Below, one piece after another: positions 58,339 through 64,000 of a DNA stretch of 64,000 nt. Position numbers and translations under genes: made by a program. The notes beneath the pieces were generated by a model that had not been told where the DNA came from, made no database searches, and saw only the letters and a list, made by a program, of their open reading frames with translations. This DNA comes from Gemmatimonadales bacterium. GTDB lineage: Bacteria > Gemmatimonadota > Gemmatimonadetes > Gemmatimonadales > GWC2-71-9. Location: the NCBI GenBank assembly GCA_036741715.1, contig DAINRR010000006.1, positions 11,106 to 75,105 on the forward strand, given 5' to 3'. Numbering within the stretch: the first letter of the stretch is position 1; each line of letters starts with the position of its first letter.

Positions 58339-59399
58339 CCACGACCGTGCGACTGGCCGGTGGCGTCGCCTGCCCGGCGCCCGCGATCCCGACCGAGCGC
58401 GTGCAGCTGGGCCACGGATCGGGAGGAAAGCTGAGCGCGGCCCTCGTGCGAGAGCGCTTTCTTCCGCAGCTCTCGAATCCCGCGCTCCGGCAGCTGGGAG
58501 ACGCCGCCATCCTGCAGGTGTTCGATGGCGACATCGCGATGTCGACCGACACCTTCGTCGTGAGCCCGATCGAGTTTCCCGGCGGCAACATCGGCTCGCT
58601 CGCGGTGCACGGCACGCTGAACGACATCGCGATGATGGGCGCGGAGCCGAGGTTCCTCTCGGCGGGCTTCGTGATCGAGGAGGGATTCGAGCTCGAGGTG
58701 CTCGATCGCGTGGTCGCCGCGATGGCCGGCGCAGCGCGTGCCGCCGGTGTCCCGCTGGTCACCGGAGACACCAAGGTCGTCGAGCGGGGCAAGGCGGACC
58801 GGATCTACATCAACACGACGGGCATCGGAACGCTGGAGGGAACCTGCCGGCCCGCACCCGATCGCGCCGCAGGCGGCGACGCGGTCATCGTGAGCGGGGA
58901 GATCGGCCGGCACGGCATGGCGATCATGTCGGCGCGCGAGGGTCTCGGCTTCGAGACGGAGATCGAGAGCGACTCGGCAGCGCTCTATCCGCTGGTCGCG
59001 CGGCTGGCCGGACGGTTCGGTACGCACGTCCACGTGCTGCGGGATCCCACCCGCGGCGGGGTCGCGAGTGCGCTCAACGAGATCGCGGCCGCCTCGAAAC
59101 GCGGCGTCGTGCTCGACGAGGAATCGCTGCCGGTTCCGGGGCCCGTCGGAGCCGCCTGCGCCGTCCTGGGCCTCGACCCGCTCTATGTGGCCAACGAGGG
59201 GATCATGGTGGTGATGCTTCCGGACCGGTTCGCGGACGATGCCGTCGCAGCGCTCCGGGCGCTGCCGCTCGGCGCGCACGCCCGCCGCATCGGGCGCGTG
59301 GTGGACGACCATCCGGGCATGGTCGTGATGCGGACGGCCATGGGCGGCACCCGCGTCGTGGACATGCTGCCGGGCGACCAGCTCCCCCGCATCTGCTGA
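58335..59399 (+). CDS. hypE: Hydrogenase expression/formation protein HypE
   Basis: ORF 58161..59399 trimmed to ATG 58335 (ATGA overlap). AIR-synthase-like fold motifs GHGSGG and DPTRGG. C-terminal PRIC. Confidence 0.95.
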   Translation: MTTTVRLAGGVACPAPAIPTERVQLGHGSGGKLSAALVRERFLPQLSNPALRQLGDAAILQVFDGDIAMSTDTFVVSPIEFPGGNIGSLAVHGTLNDIAMMGAEPRFLSAGFVIEEGFELEVLDRVVAAMAGAARAAGVPLVTGDTKVVERGKADRIYINTTGIGTLEGTCRPAPDRAAGGDAVIVSGEIGRHGMAIMSAREGLGFETEIESDSAALYPLVARLAGRFGTHVHVLRDPTRGGVASALNEIAAASKRGVVLDEESLPVPGPVGAACAVLGLDPLYVANEGIMVVMLPDRFADDAVAALRALPLGAHARRIGRVVDDHPGMVVMRTAMGGTRVVDMLPGDQLPRIC

Positions 59400-59469
59400 C
59401 TGCGGAGATGGCAGGACGCACCGGCACTGAATCCAGGGTGACTTCACTTCGACTGTATAGGGGGCGATC

Positions 59470-60009
59470 ATGGCGTTGCAGCGTGGCATCTACATCGTGC
59501 CGACCGACCGGTGGTACATCGAGCGCACCGTGTGGCTCATCGCAGGGTGCGTCCTGCTCGGTGCCACTGCGCTGGCGCTCCTGGCCGATCCACGCTGGGT
59601 GCTTCTCGTCATTGCGACTGCGCTCGCCTCGATTGCCGTTTCGCTGACGGGATTCTGCCTGGTCGGCAATGCGCTCCATCGCGCCGGGCTCGAGCCGATG
59701 CTGGGCCGGCCCTCGACGACGAGACCGCGCTGGTACTTCATGCAGACGGACAGCTGGTACCTGGAGCGCCGCATCTACCTCGCCGTCGGCATCAATCTCA
59801 CGATCGCGTCGATGCTGTCGCTCGTGCACAGCCCATGGTGGCTGGCCTTCACGGGTTTCGTCGGAGCCGCGATGGTCTGGTTCGCCGCGACTGGATTCTG
59901 CATCATGGCCAACGGCCTGTACTGGCTGGGCGCAGAGCCGCGACTCGCGCCAGGCTGTGCTCCCGCCGACGCGCCCGCGGCGACTCCCACGGGGACATCG
60001 GCTGCGTAA
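59470..60009 (+). CDS. Tandem YgaP-like (DUF2892) transmembrane domain protein
   Basis: 179-aa ORF with two homologous halves, each ending in a T-G-F-C motif: WYIERTVWLIAG...SLTGFCLVGNALHRAGLEP and WYLERRIYLAVG...AATGFCIMANGLYWLGAEP. Confidence 0.7.
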   Translation: MALQRGIYIVPTDRWYIERTVWLIAGCVLLGATALALLADPRWVLLVIATALASIAVSLTGFCLVGNALHRAGLEPMLGRPSTTRPRWYFMQTDSWYLERRIYLAVGINLTIASMLSLVHSPWWLAFTGFVGAAMVWFAATGFCIMANGLYWLGAEPRLAPGCAPADAPAATPTGTSAA

Positions 60010-60011
60010 CT

Positions 60012-60560
60012 TCATCGCCTCGGCCTGGCTGACCGCGACCGCCACCGGCCGATCCGGGGGAGCCAGCGCGGGACCTCGGCGGAGTAGCGCCGGTAGCTCT
60101 CCCCGAAACGGCGCCGGAGACCAGGCTCCTCCAGTGCGATGAAATAGAAATGGTTCACCAGCACGAACGTTCCGGACCATGCCGTGAGGCGCCACGACCG
60201 GAAGTAGAGCGCCTCGGCGGCGAGAATCAGTGCGACGCCGATGATCATCGGGTTCCGCACGTGCCGATACGGCCCCGCCGCCACCAGCGCCCGCGTCGGG
60301 TCCCACGGCGCCAGGGTTCCCTTCCCCACGCGCACGAAGAGCGCGACGCACCAGGCAAAGAGCGCGATCCCGGCACCGAACGCGATCAGGCCAGCCGCCC
60401 GAACGATCGGGGCGAGCGCGCCATCCGCAGCCCAGCGGGTATCGCCGGGACGGGAGAGGAGTGAGACCGGAACGAGCACCGTCACCACGAACGGAAGCAG
60501 CAGGATCGACGCAAGATGACGCCCCGCGAGCGCCAGGCGTGACGGGCTAGACCTGCGCAT
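60012..60560 (-). CDS. Isoprenylcysteine carboxyl methyltransferase (ICMT)/PEMT-family membrane methyltransferase
   Basis: 182-aa ORF, polytopic. Motifs LVAAGPYRHVRNPMIIG and EEPGLRRRFGESYRRY. Confidence 0.8.
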   Translation of the reverse strand: MRRSSPSRLALAGRHLASILLLPFVVTVLVPVSLLSRPGDTRWAADGALAPIVRAAGLIAFGAGIALFAWCVALFVRVGKGTLAPWDPTRALVAAGPYRHVRNPMIIGVALILAAEALYFRSWRLTAWSGTFVLVNHFYFIALEEPGLRRRFGESYRRYSAEVPRWLPRIGRWRSRSARPRR

Positions 60561-60602
60561 TCACCGGGATGACCGGACGAGCGACCGAAAGGTGCCTGCC
60601 CC

Positions 60603-60874
60603 TCATCGAGTCTGCCTGTAGAGCAGACCGATCACGGCACCCACGACGGTCCACTCGACGAAATACGCAGCCGCCTGCATCAGCATCAGCCTCGCGCCGA
60701 AGTTCAGGTTCACGTAGTTGCACGAACGCGCAGACTACGAACAACCCCGACCAGCGCGCCGAAACGCACCCCTTTGCCGAGCGTCGAACCCTCCCGATGG
60801 CCCATCGCGTAAAGCACGGCCATCACGAAGATGGCGACCAGCGTCGCGACCATGATCACCGGCATGCGCGCCAT
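60603..60874 (-). pseudogene. Decayed DUF1761-like small membrane protein gene (5'-truncated, two frameshifts)
   Basis: Three consecutive frames carry pieces of one membrane protein. Frame A (60874-60710) reads MARMPVIMVATLVAIFVMAVLYAM...GVRFGALVG. Frame B reads LFVVCAFV. Frame C (60734-60603) reads NYVNLNFGARLMLMQAAAYFVEWTVVGAVIGLLYRQTR. The family call is from memory of the DUF1761 pattern. Confidence 0.4.
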
Positions 60875-60979
60875 CTGCTCCTCCGGCGGCCGGAAGAGCC
60901 CCGTGCGTAGCGCATGTCGGGTCCGGGACCGAGTGGAGGTGGCCGGTCGATGTCACGACGGGCCGTCGGCGAAAACCCC

Positions 60980-61327
60980 TCAGCGTGGGGGAGCCTGGCC
61001 TCCGCTCCCCGGTGACCGATACGGCAAAGCCTGCGCCCGCTTCAGCATGTCGATGGTCTCTTCGACCGTCAGCAGCGGTGTGGTCTCCGCCGAGCGAAGC
61101 GCACCGCCTGCGGCGATTCCCACCGAGAAGGCTGCCGCGGCGACGTTGTCCGGCGCCTCGATCAGCACGAAGCCATCATGCTCGCCGAACCCATACCAGA
61201 AGCCGTGCAGCTTCCCTCCGAGATTCTCCACTACGGCTCGGGCGACCGTGCGACGGTCTTCGGGCGCCTTGATGAGGCGCGCCCACGCCTCGGGTGTATA
61301 GCTGAATCGCATGAGGTAATGCGGCAT
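60980..61327 (-). CDS. GYD domain protein
   Basis: 115-aa ORF MPHYLMRFSYTPEAWARLIKAPEDR...GGKLHGFWYGFGEHDGFVLIEAPD. Confidence 0.8.
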   Translation of the reverse strand: MPHYLMRFSYTPEAWARLIKAPEDRRTVARAVVENLGGKLHGFWYGFGEHDGFVLIEAPDNVAAAAFSVGIAAGGALRSAETTPLLTVEETIDMLKRAQALPYRSPGSGGQAPPR

Positions 61328-61407
61328 GCCAACCTCCTTCGGGGGTTCACCGGTCCATGCTTACCGACACCTCTCCTAAACGAACTGACTTGCGCTTCAG
61401 GCAATGA

Positions 61408-61950
61408 TCAGACGGCACGGTCCCGGATCGCCCGCAGCCGCTCCACTTCGACGGCGAGCGCATCGGTGACGGCCGCTATCGACCGGCCGGTCGTGTCGAC
61501 CACCGGCAACTCCAGCGCGTCGGCCTGGCCACGCAGATAGGCGGCCCAGGCGCTCATCTGCGCAGTCGCGAGCTCTGGCTGGCCGCGTGGGCCGGCAAGT
61601 CGTCGGGCTCGTTCGTCGAAGGAACAATCCAGAAGCGCGACCTGCGCAGTGACCGGCCCGGCCCCCGCCAGGACGACACGAATGACCGATGGTCGGGCCT
61701 GGCCATCGAGAACGGCCACGTCGACTGGTTCCGCCACGAGCCGACGCACCCAGTGGGAGGTCATGGCCGCCTGCCAGGCATCGCCGCTGCCGTACTCGCG
61801 GATCATCTCGTCGGGTCCCGGCACCCCGACGTCGTCGAAATAGTAGCAGCGCACCCCAGGTAGCGATCGCGCCTCCAATGCCCGTACGGCCGCCGTCTTT
61901 CCCGCGCCCGATGCGCCCGTGACGAAGAGGAGCGCCGGCACTGCCATCAT
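61408..61950 (-). CDS. P-loop NTPase (kinase-like AAA domain protein)
   Basis: ORF 61408..62091 trimmed to MMAVPALLFVTGASGAGKTAAVRAL, which contains the Walker A motif. Confidence 0.7.
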   Translation of the reverse strand: MMAVPALLFVTGASGAGKTAAVRALEARSLPGVRCYYFDDVGVPGPDEMIREYGSGDAWQAAMTSHWVRRLVAEPVDVAVLDGQARPSVIRVVLAGAGPVTAQVALLDCSFDERARRLAGPRGQPELATAQMSAWAAYLRGQADALELPVVDTTGRSIAAVTDALAVEVERLRAIRDRAV

Positions 61951-61960
61951 GCGCCTGACC

Positions 61961-62398
61961 TCACCGCTGAAAAGTCGCACGGATCTGATCGGATCCGGGT
62001 CCTTCGTCCCCATAGAGCAACGTGATCCTTTCACCGTCGGTCGAGACGGTACCGGTACCCAGCAGGTAGGGGAAGCCCTCACCTCCGCCACCGGTGCGCG
62101 AGAAAATCAATGCATTCCCCTCCCGTGCATACGAACCCTGCTCGGAATTCTCGAAGGTGATCCCGTTGTTCTTGTTCCGGTGCGAAGTCCGGAGATCATA
62201 CGTGCTGGTGGTGAGGGTCAGCGACCCGCTCAAGGTGAGGCAGCAGCCGAACGGCGCGCTCGGATCGGACGGCAATGGCTCGTCGTTCTCGGCTACGAGC
62301 GTGTAGGACCCTTCCAGGTCTTGCGGAGCGGTGGTGCCTCCGTTGCATGAGCACGCCACGAGGCAAATGGCGGTGAAGAAGAACCGGAAATGTCGCAT
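61961..62398 (-). CDS. Hypothetical lipoprotein (lower-GC gene)
   Basis: ORF 61961..62467 trimmed to MRHFRFFFTAICLVACSC (lipobox). Visibly lower GC and atypical codons compared with its neighbours. Confidence 0.6.
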   Translation of the reverse strand: MRHFRFFFTAICLVACSCNGGTTAPQDLEGSYTLVAENDEPLPSDPSAPFGCCLTLSGSLTLTTSTYDLRTSHRNKNNGITFENSEQGSYAREGNALIFSRTGGGGEGFPYLLGTGTVSTDGERITLLYGDEGPGSDQIRATFQR

Positions 62399-62513
62399 GG
62401 GGTCCCAGTCTTTCCGATCGCCGCGCCGCCTCTCCGGCAATCGCTTCAGTCGAGGTCGGTGATGCACGGCGGCTCGCGCAACCGCGGGGTGTGCTGATCC
62501 CCGGGCGGGTGAT

Positions 62514-64000
62514 TCATGCTCGCGAATCTTCGAGCAGCTCGGCCAGCGCCGCCACGCCGTCCTGAATCATCCGTGGGGGACTTCCGGCGTAGTGAATGAG
62601 AAGGCCGGAAGACGCCGGCGAACCTGCGTAGTACCGGGAGAGCGCGGGCAGGTCGAGACGCGCGCGCGCCGCGCGCGCCGAGAGTGCCCGGTCGTCCCGG
62701 GCGTCACCGAGGTGAGCGGCGACGTGGAGCCCGGTGTCCGCCGGACCGAGCGTGATCGCACCGCCGAGACGTGCGCGCGCGGCGTCGAGCAGCGCCGCAC
62801 GGCGTTCGCGGAACAGGTCACGCAGCTTGCGCAGATGACCTGCGAACTGTCCGCTGTCCATGAACTCGGCGACCGCCGCCTGCAGGAAGGTCGGAGGCCC
62901 GCCGCCGGTGACGTCCTGGGCCGAAGCGAAGGCATCGAGCAGTCCCGTGGGCAATACCAGGTATGCGAGACGGATGGAGGGGAAAAGGACCTTGCCGAAC
63001 GTGCCCGCATAGATCACACGTCCCGCCGGATCGAGCCCCTGGATCGAGGCGAGCGGTCGGCCGATGTAGCGGAACTCGCTGTCGTAATCGTCCTCGATGA
63101 TCCAGGCGTCCCGCCGCTCGGCCCACTCGAGGAGCGACGCGCGACGCTCCAGGCTCAGCGTAAAACCGAGGGGGTATTGGTGCGACGGCGTCACGTAGGC
63201 CAGGCGGGCCCGCGGAGCGAGCCGCTCCCCGGCCTGGACATCGAGACCCTCCGCGTCCACGGGCACGGGCACGATGCGCGCATTGCCCGCCGCGAATGCG
63301 GTCCGCGCGCCGGGATACCCCGGCTCCTCGAGCCAGACGGCATCGCCCGGATCGAGAAGCAACCGGGTGAGGAGCGTGATCCCCTGCTGTACGCTGGCGA
63401 GCACCTGAACCTGGGTCCAGTCGCAGCGGACACCGCGGGAGGAGACGAGATAGGTCGCGATCGCTTCACGCAGCGCTCGGTAGCCCGCCGGGTCGGGCGG
63501 CAGCGCCTCGACTCCCGACCAGCGGCGGCTTCGCCTCGCCAGGATCTGACGCCATGGCTCCACCGGGATGGTCGCGGGGTCCGGAACGCACGGCGCGAAC
63601 GTGAAGCCGGCCGTCGAGGCAATGAGATGGTTCGCGCCCAGGACCTCGCGTCCGCGCTCCGACAGCGCCTCCCGCCCGCGCGGGGGCGGAGCAGTCGCCG
63701 GGCCGCGGTGCCCGGAGCGCAACGTTCGTGGCGTGCGCAAGGCTCGCGCAAGGCTCGGAGAAACCTGGGTCCCCCTGCCCACCGCCCGCACGATGAAGCC
63801 CTCGGCGCGGAGCTGGTCGAGCGCCGACTCCACCGTGTTTCGCGAAACCTGCAGATCCTCGGCCAGCGTACGGCTCGCCGGCAGGCGGTGGCCCGGAGGC
63901 AGTGCCCCACTCACGATGCCGTCGCGCAGATGCCGGTAGAGTCTGAGGTACTTCGGGGCGTCGCCCGTGTGTCGCAGACCGTCAGGGATCTGAACCAGAG
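62514..64000 (-). CDS. MocR/PdxR-type regulator: GntR wHTH fused to PLP-dependent aminotransferase-like domain (5' end at or beyond window end)
   Basis: The frame stays open to position 64000 (...GDAPKYLRLYRHLRDGIVSGALPPGHRLPASRTLAEDLQVSRNTVESALDQLRAEGFI). The aminotransferase-like body carries YVTPSHQYPLG, AWIIEDDYDSEF and YAGTFGKVLFPSIRLAYLV. Confidence 0.85.
   Translation of the reverse strand, partial: LVQIPDGLRHTGDAPKYLRLYRHLRDGIVSGALPPGHRLPASRTLAEDLQVSRNTVESALDQLRAEGFIVRAVGRGTQVSPSLARALRTPRTLRSGHRGPATAPPPRGREALSERGREVLGANHLIASTAGFTFAPCVPDPATIPVEPWRQILARRSRRWSGVEALPPDPAGYRALREAIATYLVSSRGVRCDWTQVQVLASVQQGITLLTRLLLDPGDAVWLEEPGYPGARTAFAAGNARIVPVPVDAEGLDVQAGERLAPRARLAYVTPSHQYPLGFTLSLERRASLLEWAERRDAWIIEDDYDSEFRYIGRPLASIQGLDPAGRVIYAGTFGKVLFPSIRLAYLVLPTGLLDAFASAQDVTGGGPPTFLQAAVAEFMDSGQFAGHLRKLRDLFRERRAALLDAARARLGGAITLGPADTGLHVAAHLGDARDDRALSARAARARLDLPALSRYYAGSPASSGLLIHYAGSPPRMIQDGVAALAELLEDSRA

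Overview
Very GC-rich (by eye, not computed), densely coding bacterial chromosomal window with about 80 protein genes and one tRNA. I saw no rRNA, CRISPR array, transposase, integrase or phage genes. Gene content looks like an aerobic soil heterotroph (Gemmatimonadota/Acidobacteriota-like), but this is inference only. Layout: (1) 1-3537, minus strand: the 5' part of a DPP-IV-type peptidase gene, then uvrA. (2) 3538-4158: an unusually long, lower-GC intergenic region with CGCGAAAG-rich inverted repeats. (3) 4159-9157, plus strand: a translationally coupled 5-gene operon of TPR protein, macro-like protein, catalytically dead transglutaminase-like protein, ABC ATPase and large exporter permease. 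(4) 11137-19952: five large secreted beta-propeller/FG-GAP/LVIVD proteins. (5) 19957-49274: about 50 mostly minus-strand small accessory genes, many with overlapping stops and starts. They include several GNAT, VOC/glyoxalase, DinB and DUF1801 genes, SRPBCC, YciI, cupin, esterases and many lipoproteins, interrupted by tRNA-Asn. (6) 49615-59399, plus strand: a complete membrane-bound [NiFe]-hydrogenase locus (small subunit, large subunit, cytochrome b, protease) followed by hypA-like, hypB, hypF, hypC, hypD and hypE. (7) 59470-64000: a tandem YgaP-like membrane protein, an ICMT-family methyltransferase, a decayed gene remnant, a GYD protein, a P-loop kinase-like protein, a lower-GC lipoprotein gene and a MocR/PdxR-type regulator running off the window. 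The most notable items are the hydrogenase locus (standard proximal-cluster ligands, and a HypA lacking its zinc module), the TPR/macro/pseudo-transglutaminase/ABC operon, the paired LVIVD plus YVTN propeller genes with His/Met-rich inserts, and the repeat-structured uvrA-upstream region. Most long ORFs in the track that lie antisense to these genes, or extend their N-termini, are GC-driven artefacts. All family assignments come from motif recognition by eye, with no database search.
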